Origin: Candidatus Methanoperedens sp.
Lineage (GTDB): Archaea; Halobacteriota; Methanosarcinia; Methanosarcinales; Methanoperedenaceae
Direction of reading: 5' to 3'
Length of the DNA stretch: 32,000 nt
Assembly (NCBI GenBank): GCA_027460535.1
Contig: JAPZAR010000011.1
Location: 210,001 to 242,000, forward strand
Shown here: positions 1 through 7,589 of the stretch, piece after piece
Position numbering within the stretch: position 1 is the first letter of the stretch
Layout of the letters: the number at the start of each line of letters is the position of its first letter
The notes under the pieces: generated by a model
Seen by the model: the letters and a program-made list of their open reading frames with translations, nothing else
Database searches by the model: none
Told to the model about the DNA's origin: nothing
Position numbers and translations under genes: made by a program

Positions 1-1155
1 ACCTGCATAGGAGAATACACAGATTTTGTGGGGTATTTCAGGGACCGCTACGGTCTGCTTTCGGACATTCTGCGGAAGAGATTAAGCGGAAGACCCATCG
101 AGAGCCTGAAGAAAAGTAACCTGGATTCGAAAGAGGAACTTTCCATAATCGGCATGGTTTTAGATATAAGAACAACATCAAACGGACATAAACTGATCGA
201 GGTAGAGGACAGGACAGGAACTGCGCGCGTTTTGATCCATAAGGAAAGAGATAAGGAGTTGCTTGAACTGGCAAGAAGCATCCTCCTAGATGAAGTGATA
301 GGAGTAACAGGCACGCTCTCCAGCGATGGGAATCTCATATTCGCGAACAAGATCATAAGACCTGACTTACCCAACACCCAGAATTCACTTGAAAGGAAAA
401 AAGAGGGAAAAGCAGTATTTATTTCGGATATCCACGTAGGCAGTAAGACCTTTCTTGAAGATGCCTGGTTCAGGTTCGTGAAATGGCTCGGAGATGATAT
501 TGATTATCTTGTCATAGCAGGGGACGTCGTGGATGGAATAGGGGTGTTCCCAAACCAGGATAAGGAATTGGCAGTCCTGGATATCTACGAGCAGTATGAG
601 AAAGCTGCGGGTTATTTGAACGCAGTGCCAGAACACATCAGGATCATAATATCCCCGGGAAACCACGATGCAGTGAGGCAGGCAGAGCCGCAGCCGCGCT
701 TTCCTGAAAAAATAACAAGGATGTTCAGGAAAGACATAACCTTCGTCGGCAACCCTGCACTGGTGGAGATAGGAGGAGCACGTGTCCTGATATATCATGG
801 CAGGTCAATGGATGACATTATTGCAAACACGCCGGGATTTTCTTATGCCGATCCCTCAAAACCCATGAACGAAATGCTGAAACTCCGCCACCTCTCGCCA
901 ATTTACGGTGGCCGGGTCTCAATAGCGCCTGAAAAAAAGGATCACTTCGTAATCGACCCTATACCGGATATCCTCCATTGCGGGCATGTGCATACTGTCG
1001 GTGTTTCACGCTACAAAGATGTGCTGACAATAAACAGCGGGACATGGCAGAGCCAGACAGAATTCCAGAAGAGGATGAACCTCCAGCCCATGCCGGCGAA
1101 GGCGACCATAGTAAATCTCGCAAGCATGGACTACAAAATATTATCTTTTGACTGA
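1..1155 (+). CDS. DNA polymerase II (PolD) small subunit DP1, 5'-truncated by the window edge
   Basis: The reading frame is open from nt 1, with no stop before the GTG at 28, so the gene continues upstream. An OB-fold-like segment (GHKLIEVEDRTGTARVLI) is followed by calcineurin/Mre11-type phosphoesterase motifs FISDIHVGS, IAGDVVDG, SPGNHD and HCGHVH. Stop TGA at 1153-1155. Confidence 0.85.
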   Translation, partial: TCIGEYTDFVGYFRDRYGLLSDILRKRLSGRPIESLKKSNLDSKEELSIIGMVLDIRTTSNGHKLIEVEDRTGTARVLIHKERDKELLELARSILLDEVIGVTGTLSSDGNLIFANKIIRPDLPNTQNSLERKKEGKAVFISDIHVGSKTFLEDAWFRFVKWLGDDIDYLVIAGDVVDGIGVFPNQDKELAVLDIYEQYEKAAGYLNAVPEHIRIIISPGNHDAVRQAEPQPRFPEKITRMFRKDITFVGNPALVEIGGARVLIYHGRSMDDIIANTPGFSYADPSKPMNEMLKLRHLSPIYGGRVSIAPEKKDHFVIDPIPDILHCGHVHTVGVSRYKDVLTINSGTWQSQTEFQKRMNLQPMPAKATIVNLASMDYKILSFD

Positions 1156-1156
1156 A

Positions 1157-1912
1157 ATGCTGAAAAACACGTATATACACTTACCAGGAATCGGATCATC
1201 AACAGAACGGAAGATATGGAAGGCCGGCATAGAAAACTGGGAAGACTTTTTGGATAACCTCAACCTGATAAAAGTGCCAAAAACCAAAAAGAGGGTATTG
1301 TTATCGGGGATCGAAGAATCCATCGAGCAATTAACATGCGAGAACCATATTTTTTTCTCCCGGAGACTGGAGGTGCGCGACCAGTGGAGGGCGTACCGGC
1401 ATTTTAAGAATGTAACTGCTTATGTGGATATCGAGACCACCGGGCTTTCACCCGAGTTCAGCAGGATAACGATGATCGGGATATACAACGGGAAGGAAAC
1501 GAAAACATTTATAAGAGGCATCAATCTCGAGGGTGCGCAGGATGAGCTCCGTAAATATAAACAGCTGGTTACATTCAACGGCGCGAGGTTTGACCTTCCT
1601 TTTATTCAACGCGAATTCCCTGGATTTTTCAATCATCTGCATGTTGACCTCATGTATCCCCTGAAAAAAATTGGGTACAGCGGGGGACTTAAGAAAATCG
1701 AGACCTCACTTGGCATAGCAAGAAGTGAGGAAACCTGCGGGATCATGGGATTTGATGCCGTGAGATTGTGGAACATGTATCAACGGGGAAAGGAGGAAGC
1801 CCTTGATATACTGGTAAAATACAACGCAGAAGACGTGGTGAATCTTGAAAAAATTATCGAGATGACCTATCACAGGATGATAGAGAAAGAGATGGACCAC
1901 AAAATGAAGTAG
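1157..1912 (+). CDS. RNase H-like (DEDD-type, YprB/COG3359-like) predicted exonuclease with N-terminal helix-hairpin-helix
   Basis: Motifs AYVDIETTGL, FNGARFDLPF and YNAEDV fit a DnaQ/RNase H-fold exonuclease. N-terminal LPGIGSSTERKIW is HhH-like. The ATG at 1157 lies 1 nt after the DP1 stop; the ORF track's alternative TTG at 1148 would overlap DP1 by 8 nt. Confidence 0.7.
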   Translation: MLKNTYIHLPGIGSSTERKIWKAGIENWEDFLDNLNLIKVPKTKKRVLLSGIEESIEQLTCENHIFFSRRLEVRDQWRAYRHFKNVTAYVDIETTGLSPEFSRITMIGIYNGKETKTFIRGINLEGAQDELRKYKQLVTFNGARFDLPFIQREFPGFFNHLHVDLMYPLKKIGYSGGLKKIETSLGIARSEETCGIMGFDAVRLWNMYQRGKEEALDILVKYNAEDVVNLEKIIEMTYHRMIEKEMDHKMK

Positions 1913-1931
1913 TATCTGAAGGACAAATACA

Positions 1932-2156
1932 ATGGAAATATATAAAGACAAACAACAAGAAAACTTTACTCTTGTGGTATCAAGAGATGAGCTCATGGAA
2001 ATAAAAGATGCTCTTGGAGTACGATGTCTTTATCTCGATGCGCTACTTAGGAAGAAAACTGCAATCTCAAGGTCAAAAGATATGCCAGAAGCACAGGAAA
2101 TACAAAACGACAAATCACATAATATGTACATCCAGATAGTAAAAGGGATGGAATAA
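1932..2156 (+). CDS. hypothetical small protein (74 aa)
   Basis: ORF only. It sits in an otherwise non-coding gap on the same strand as its neighbours. No motif recognised. Confidence 0.3.
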   Translation: MEIYKDKQQENFTLVVSRDELMEIKDALGVRCLYLDALLRKKTAISRSKDMPEAQEIQNDKSHNMYIQIVKGME

Positions 2157-2345
2157 TGCCAAGACGTGAACATTTTACTGATCCTAAGCAATGCCCTGGT
2201 ACGCCTGTTGCTATCAAACTATAGCATAGCACCATCAGGTTTAATATGCATAAAATAAATATTTGTTTTGTGGTTTTTTTGAATTTTTAAAAATGAATAC
2301 TTAAAGGTTACATTTTTATAACCTTAAGAAGTATTAGAGTAAAAC

Positions 2346-3569
2346 GTGATAGAAAAAACCATTGCAGGATTGAAAGTTGGGGACGATCAACCTGTAAGAG
2401 TGATGGGAGTAATAAATCTCAGCAAGGAGTCTTTTTATAAAGGTTCTGTGGTCTCGGAGGATTCTGTTCTCGATGCAGCCCGGAGGATGATCGATGAAGG
2501 AGCGGACCTGATCGATGTTGGAGCCCGCTCAACATGGCCTCTTGCGCAAAAGATCTCAAAAGAGGAGGAACGCTCCCGGCTCATCCCTGTCATGAAGCTT
2601 CTGGAGGATATCACCACCCCTGTTTCGGTGGACACCATGTTTTCGGATATAGCAGAGGACGCGCTTTCCGCCGGAGCTGATATTATCAATGATGTGAGCG
2701 GTTTTACTGCGGATGAGGGAATGATAGAGGTGGCGAAATCGCATGACTGCCCTGTAATATTGATGGCAAGCGACAAAGTCCCCGGCGATCCCGTGGGTAT
2801 GGATGCGGTAATGGATTCTCTCGATAAGATAATCTGCAGGGCAGAAGGGGGTGGAATAAATCCGGATAATATTGTCATAGACCCTGCCATAGGAAAATGG
2901 ACGCCAGAGAAACAGACGATGTATGATTACGAGACATTAGACAATATCCAGAGGCTTCGGATTTTCGGGAAACCCATCCTGGCAGCCGTGTCCCGGAAGT
3001 CATTTATCGGTGAAACCCTTCAAAAAACTGCAGGTGAGCGGCTTTATGGTAGCATTGCAGCCGCTGCGATCGCAGTACGGAACGGAGCCCACATCATTCG
3101 CACTCACGATGTGGGACCTACGCTGGACGCTGTGAGAGTTGCGCAAAATGCAAGAGCGAGAATACCTGCCGTAAGATCAGGTGACTATGAAGCAGAACTG
3201 CTTAGCATAGAGAACCGAGATGATGGAGCATGGTCAATGACCTCTATCGGCTCGACAAGAACTGGCAGCCAGGTCATGAAAAATAAGACCGTTTTGTACA
3301 ACATCCTTCTAAGGAATATAACAACAACAGAAGCATTGATCATCAAACAGGAGATGCTTGCAAGGGGAGGGGATGCCGCTCTTCCGCGGGGTGCGGTGTC
3401 TCACGAGGTTGAAAAAGTAGATCTTATAATTATGGGTACCCAGCTCCAGGTAGAGCGGTTCATAAAGAAAATAAGGTCCCAGGTCAGGGATTTACCAATA
3501 ATTGCGGATATGCTCACTGAATTGATCGAAAAAAGGCACGACAGGGTTTTCAGATATTCTAAAACATGA
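2346..3569 (+). CDS. dihydropteroate synthase-like pterin-binding protein with an uncharacterised C-terminal extension of about 135 aa
   Basis: N-terminal part of about 270 aa has the DHPS TIM-barrel pattern (VMGVINLSKESFYKGS, GADLIDVGARST, SVDT, INDVSG, DPAIGK, SRKSFIG, IIRTHDV). GTG start sits about 25 nt downstream of an AT-rich TATA-like element. The stop overlaps the next start (ATGA at 3566-3569). Confidence 0.75.
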   Translation: MIEKTIAGLKVGDDQPVRVMGVINLSKESFYKGSVVSEDSVLDAARRMIDEGADLIDVGARSTWPLAQKISKEEERSRLIPVMKLLEDITTPVSVDTMFSDIAEDALSAGADIINDVSGFTADEGMIEVAKSHDCPVILMASDKVPGDPVGMDAVMDSLDKIICRAEGGGINPDNIVIDPAIGKWTPEKQTMYDYETLDNIQRLRIFGKPILAAVSRKSFIGETLQKTAGERLYGSIAAAAIAVRNGAHIIRTHDVGPTLDAVRVAQNARARIPAVRSGDYEAELLSIENRDDGAWSMTSIGSTRTGSQVMKNKTVLYNILLRNITTTEALIIKQEMLARGGDAALPRGAVSHEVEKVDLIIMGTQLQVERFIKKIRSQVRDLPIIADMLTELIEKRHDRVFRYSKT

Positions 3570-4192
3570 TAATTTCAAGACAAAAGGAAATCAATGAGAT
3601 TGTAAAGTTGGTGAGTGAGCGGGATATTTTCATAATCGGATGCGGGAAATGTGCTGCAAAACTCAGGGTGGGAGGCGAACCTGAAGCAATTGAAATGAGA
3701 AACCGGCTTGTTAAGGAAGGGAAAAACATTGTGGGATTCGCAGTCCTGAACTCTGCATGCAGTATAGGTTCGTGGGAAGAAGTGATGGTTAAAAATCCCG
3801 GGATCAAAAAAGCGCAGGCTCTTCTGGTCATGTCATGCGGTGGAGGGGTGTCCGTAATATCGAGGTTCGCGGGATTGCAGGTATATCCGGCCCTGGATAC
3901 GGAATCCCTCGGGGGGATATGCCGTGATGAGATAATTAAAGAGCAGTGCAGCATGTGCGGAGAATGCACGGTCTGGCTTTACGGAGGGATTTGCCCGGTA
4001 ATCCAGTGCCCCAAAGGGTTGCTTAACGGCCCGTGCGGAGGCGCTTTGGAAGGAAAATGTGAGGTAGATGAGCGCCAATGCGCGTGGGATGGGATTTATG
4101 AGAGGCTTAAGAAAATGGGCAAGCTCGAGTATCTCGAAATCATACATGAGCCAAAAGATCATGCGAAAAAATTTAGGGGGCAAAAGATTTGA
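3566..4192 (+). CDS. metV: MetV-type protein (methylene-tetrahydrofolate reductase C-terminal domain, Cys-rich)
   Basis: Cys-rich C-terminal half with CSMCGEC, CPKGLLNGPCGG and CEVDERQCAW, typical of the MTHFR_C/MetV family. It is 4-nt-coupled to the flanking genes and lies immediately upstream of metF. Confidence 0.75.
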   Translation: MIISRQKEINEIVKLVSERDIFIIGCGKCAAKLRVGGEPEAIEMRNRLVKEGKNIVGFAVLNSACSIGSWEEVMVKNPGIKKAQALLVMSCGGGVSVISRFAGLQVYPALDTESLGGICRDEIIKEQCSMCGECTVWLYGGICPVIQCPKGLLNGPCGGALEGKCEVDERQCAWDGIYERLKKMGKLEYLEIIHEPKDHAKKFRGQKI

Positions 4193-5055
4193 ACTTCAGG
4201 GAAAAACTCCTCTCCGGGAAATTTTTGATAACAGCAGAAATAAGTCCGCCAAAGGGCACAGATACAACAGGCTTGCTGAAGGATGCAGATCTGATAAAGG
4301 GATGCATTGATGCCATCAATATCACGGACAACCAGAGGGCAGTGATGCGGATGAGCCCTCTGGCTGCATGCATTATGCTCCGGCAGCAGGGATGTGAAAC
4401 AATAATGCACCTCACATGCAGGGACAGGAACAGGCTTGCATTGCAGTCAGAGCTTCTGGGAGCATATGCACACGGAATAAAGAACATACTGGTAATGTCA
4501 GGAGACCATCCCACGAAAGGGGACCAGGCGGGGGCAAAACCGGTTTACGATATGGATTCCGTGCAGCTTCTGGGATTGATCAGGAAGATGAACCTGGGAT
4601 TTGATTTTTCAGGCAGCAGGCTTGAAGGCGGGACAGATTTTTGCACGGGTGCGGTGACAAATACTGACCTAAATGAAGTTGCGTTTATCAAACTTAAGAA
4701 GAAAATTGAGCTTGGAGCGCATTTCATTCAGACACAGGCCGTCTTCGATATTGACAGGTTTTCTGAATTTATGGATAAGGTGGATGGGTCACGCGGAATA
4801 AAAATAATAGCCGGGGTCATCCCGCTTAGATCGGAAAAGAACGCGCGTTTTCTTAACAATAATATCGCAGGCATAAAAGTTCCCGACGATATAATCAGCC
4901 GGATGAGGGCTGCGAAAGATCCTGAGACCGAAGGAATGGAAATAGCGGCTGATCTGATAAAAGAATTGCGAAGCATGTGCCATGGAGTGCATATAATGCC
5001 TATCCTTACACATGAAAATACGGGAGATATTCTCGAAATGGCGGGTTTAATATGA
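4189..5055 (+). CDS. metF: methylenetetrahydrofolate (or methylene-pterin) reductase MetF family
   Basis: MTHFR-family pattern: FLITAEISPPKGTD, INITDNQRA, HLTCRDRN, NILVMSGDHP, FIQTQAVFD. TTG start at 4189 overlaps the metV stop. The metF stop overlaps the next ATG (5052-5055). Confidence 0.85.
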   Translation: MNFREKLLSGKFLITAEISPPKGTDTTGLLKDADLIKGCIDAINITDNQRAVMRMSPLAACIMLRQQGCETIMHLTCRDRNRLALQSELLGAYAHGIKNILVMSGDHPTKGDQAGAKPVYDMDSVQLLGLIRKMNLGFDFSGSRLEGGTDFCTGAVTNTDLNEVAFIKLKKKIELGAHFIQTQAVFDIDRFSEFMDKVDGSRGIKIIAGVIPLRSEKNARFLNNNIAGIKVPDDIISRMRAAKDPETEGMEIAADLIKELRSMCHGVHIMPILTHENTGDILEMAGLI

Positions 5056-6284
5056 AAACCACGGTGGATCTGGCGAGAGCCGGAGATATTACACCGCAGA
5101 TGGAAGCAGTGGCCGAATCGGAGAGGATTGACATTGACAATCTGCTTGCCCGTATCGCAAAAGGCAGCGTTGTTATCATGGCACGTGGGGGAAGATCGCT
5201 CGGTATAGGTGAAGGCATGACGACAAAGGTCAATGTCAATATCGGGACGTCGTCTTCAAAAATAAACCTGGAGGAGGAGCTGGAAAAAGCGCGGATCGCA
5301 GAGAAGTACGGTGCTGACACCATAACAGACCTATCGATGGGCGGGAACATAAGCGAAATACGGAAAAAAATATTTGAAAGCACCACCCTTCCTGTAACCA
5401 CGGTTCCAATTTACCAGGTCGCAGTTGAAAAAGGTCTTGAGAACATGTCGGGGAAAGATATTCTTGGAACCATGGAGCAGCAATCAGAGGAGGGTGTCAG
5501 TTCTTTTGTGCTTCACTGCACCAAAGTTGAAACCCTCAATGCACTGGAAAAGGGAAGGCGGATCCTGGGGGTGGTATCAAAAGGAGGATCGCTCACATGC
5601 GCATATATGTTACGTAACAGGTGTGAGAACCCCTTCATCGAGAATTTTGATGAAATACTGAAACTCATGAAAGAACATGACATAGTCCTCTCGCTCGGTA
5701 ACACTATGCGAAGCGGGTGTATAAACGATACGAGAGATAGGGCGCAACTTGAAGAGATAAAACAGAACGTGGAACTTGCCAGGCGGGCGAACGAAGAAGG
5801 AGTGCAGGCCGTGATTGAAGGGGTTGGCGGGCATGTGCGTGCTGACAGGATAGCAGAATATGTGCGTTTTCACAAGGCCAGTTCCGATTTTCCCCTTTTT
5901 GTAGCAGGACCTTTGCCCACGGATGTGGCTGTGGGGTATGATCATATCGCAGGATGCGTGGGCGCAAGCATCGCCAGCGGAGCGGGGGCTGACTACCTGT
6001 GTTATATCACACCCTCTGAACACCTGGGGCTTCCAGGTCCAGGGCAGGTCAGGGAAGGGCTCATGGCGTTTAAGATAGCGGCGCATATAGGAGATTCCAT
6101 AAAATATGGGAGCGATGAAAGAGACCGGAACCTGGCGAAGCGGAGGGCCGAACTTGACTGGGAAGGACAGATGAGTTATGCTCTCGATAGCGATAAAGCA
6201 AGATCTCTTGCGCCAAAGGTTGGGCCCTGCACCATGTGCGGGGATTTCTGCGCAATAAAGATAATGAAAGAGGTTACCAGATGA
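5052..6284 (+). CDS. thiC: ThiC-family radical-SAM enzyme (phosphomethylpyrimidine synthase-like, divergent)
   Basis: ThiC-family blocks: TKVNVNIGTSS, GADTITDLSMGG, TVPIYQ, VVSKGGS, GYDHIAG, CYITPSEHLGLP, and C-terminal cluster motif CTMCGDFC. Several blocks diverge from canonical ThiC, for example VIEGVGGHV. Confidence 0.75.
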   Translation: MKTTVDLARAGDITPQMEAVAESERIDIDNLLARIAKGSVVIMARGGRSLGIGEGMTTKVNVNIGTSSSKINLEEELEKARIAEKYGADTITDLSMGGNISEIRKKIFESTTLPVTTVPIYQVAVEKGLENMSGKDILGTMEQQSEEGVSSFVLHCTKVETLNALEKGRRILGVVSKGGSLTCAYMLRNRCENPFIENFDEILKLMKEHDIVLSLGNTMRSGCINDTRDRAQLEEIKQNVELARRANEEGVQAVIEGVGGHVRADRIAEYVRFHKASSDFPLFVAGPLPTDVAVGYDHIAGCVGASIASGAGADYLCYITPSEHLGLPGPGQVREGLMAFKIAAHIGDSIKYGSDERDRNLAKRRAELDWEGQMSYALDSDKARSLAPKVGPCTMCGDFCAIKIMKEVTR

Positions 6285-7033
6285 AGTTATTCGGTATAAG
6301 GACTCCTTTGATCAGACCGGGGGATAATATGGCAGAAGTCTTGATCAAATCTTTTGCCTCGGAGGGGATCAGGCCGCAGGAAAACGATATAATCGTGCTT
6401 GCAGAATCGGCTGTGGCAAGCGCAGAGGCAAGGATCGTGAGGCTTGAAGATGTTACCCCAAGTAAAAAAGCGATGGAACTATCAAAACTCTATTATAACG
6501 ACCCGAGAAAAATGGAACTAATACTGAGGGAATCCGAGGAGATACTTGGCGGGATACCCGGCGTGGTTGTGACCATTACAAAAGGTGTGCTCTCTCCAAG
6601 CGCGGGCATTGATAATTCCAATGCACCCGAAGGGCATGTGGTTCTGCTGCCTGAAAACCCAAGACAAAGCGCCATTGAGATCAGGGAAAAGCTGATGGAT
6701 GAATACGGGTGCAACATAGCAGTGATTATAGGCGACAGCAGGACACAGCCGCTGCGCCTTGGCTGCGTGGGTATAGCGCTTGGTTGTGCGGGCATTGAGC
6801 CTGTTGAGGATATGAGGGGGCACAAAGACCTATTCGGGAAGCCTCTTTTGATAACCCGGCGCGCCACTGCGGATAATCTGGTCTCTGCGGCGCAGATAAT
6901 CATGGGGGAGGCGGATGAGAGCACCCCTGCGGTTCTTATCAGGGACGCTCCAGCTATATTCATTGAGGGGAGCGTGGAAATACCGCAAATACCGCGCGAG
7001 GAATGCCTGTATTTTGCTTGCTTTGATAAATGA
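6281..7033 (+). CDS. cofE: CofE-family protein (F420-0:gamma-glutamyl ligase-like)
   Basis: About 250 aa, the length and pattern of the CofE/F420 ligase family (RTPLIRPGDN, IIVLAESAVA, GIDNSNAP, IIGDSRTQPLR, AIFIEG). The start was moved to ATG 6281, which overlaps the thiC-like stop as ATGA. The ORF-track start at 6236 lies inside the upstream gene. Confidence 0.7.
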   Translation: MKLFGIRTPLIRPGDNMAEVLIKSFASEGIRPQENDIIVLAESAVASAEARIVRLEDVTPSKKAMELSKLYYNDPRKMELILRESEEILGGIPGVVVTITKGVLSPSAGIDNSNAPEGHVVLLPENPRQSAIEIREKLMDEYGCNIAVIIGDSRTQPLRLGCVGIALGCAGIEPVEDMRGHKDLFGKPLLITRRATADNLVSAAQIIMGEADESTPAVLIRDAPAIFIEGSVEIPQIPREECLYFACFDK

Positions 7034-7037
7034 ATTC

Positions 7038-7523
7038 CTAAATGCTTAAGGCATGGAGAACATCGGATGAGACCGCTGTCCCTGTGCAGCTGCTCAGCAT
7101 GATCGAAGATAGAAGCCCCACTACCTTCCCCTTCTGGAATATGGGTGAACCGCTGTCGCCAGGCTGGGGCATGTCAAAGCAGGGGAACTGAAGATAAAGA
7201 AGCGAAGCTCCGGCGCCAATAACCCTGCAGGGGATGCGGTGTCGCTCATTGGCGAGTACGGCATCCTCCAATAAGGCCGCGTCGCCAAATTCGGTGATCC
7301 CGGCTGTAATGCCGGAAGGAAGCTCGATGAGTGCAATGTCATAGTCCTCCAGGAATCTTTTTACGATGCCCTCCCCGCCATCAACATGGACGCAAATTCC
7401 AACCTCTGCTTTCTGAAATAAATGAGATGCTGCGGCTATGTAGTATGTTCCCCTGATCAGGAGGACTGCACCAATCACGCAGTTGGTTTTCTTGAAGAGA
7501 AAAAAGCCGCCGGAGGCTATCAT
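7038..7523 (-). CDS. compact trypsin/chymotrypsin-fold serine peptidase-like protein (161 aa)
   Basis: Catalytic-triad-like order: AASH (His), DYDIALIEL (Asp), GDSGSPIF (Ser). No obvious signal peptide. Converges on cofE-like with only 4 nt between the stops. Confidence 0.55.
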   Translation of the reverse strand: MIASGGFFLFKKTNCVIGAVLLIRGTYYIAAASHLFQKAEVGICVHVDGGEGIVKRFLEDYDIALIELPSGITAGITEFGDAALLEDAVLANERHRIPCRVIGAGASLLYLQFPCFDMPQPGDSGSPIFQKGKVVGLLSSIMLSSCTGTAVSSDVLHALSI

Positions 7524-7589
7524 AAGCTTTGAAATTTAAGACGATTAACGGGTCACCGTGAAACATATTGTGGCATTGCCATCATCGTC

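Noticed and set aside
2300-2328. Imperfect inverted repeat (ttaaaggtta ... taaccttaag) around the TATA-like tttttata upstream of the DHPS-like gene
   Set aside because: Only 8 of 10 positions pair, in very AT-rich DNA, so it could arise by chance. Noted as a possible promoter or operator, but not strong enough to report as a feature.
6236-6280. Upstream start at 6236 for the CofE-like gene
   Set aside because: It lies within the thiC-like coding region. ATG 6281 overlaps the thiC-like stop (ATGA) and yields the expected protein of about 250 aa.
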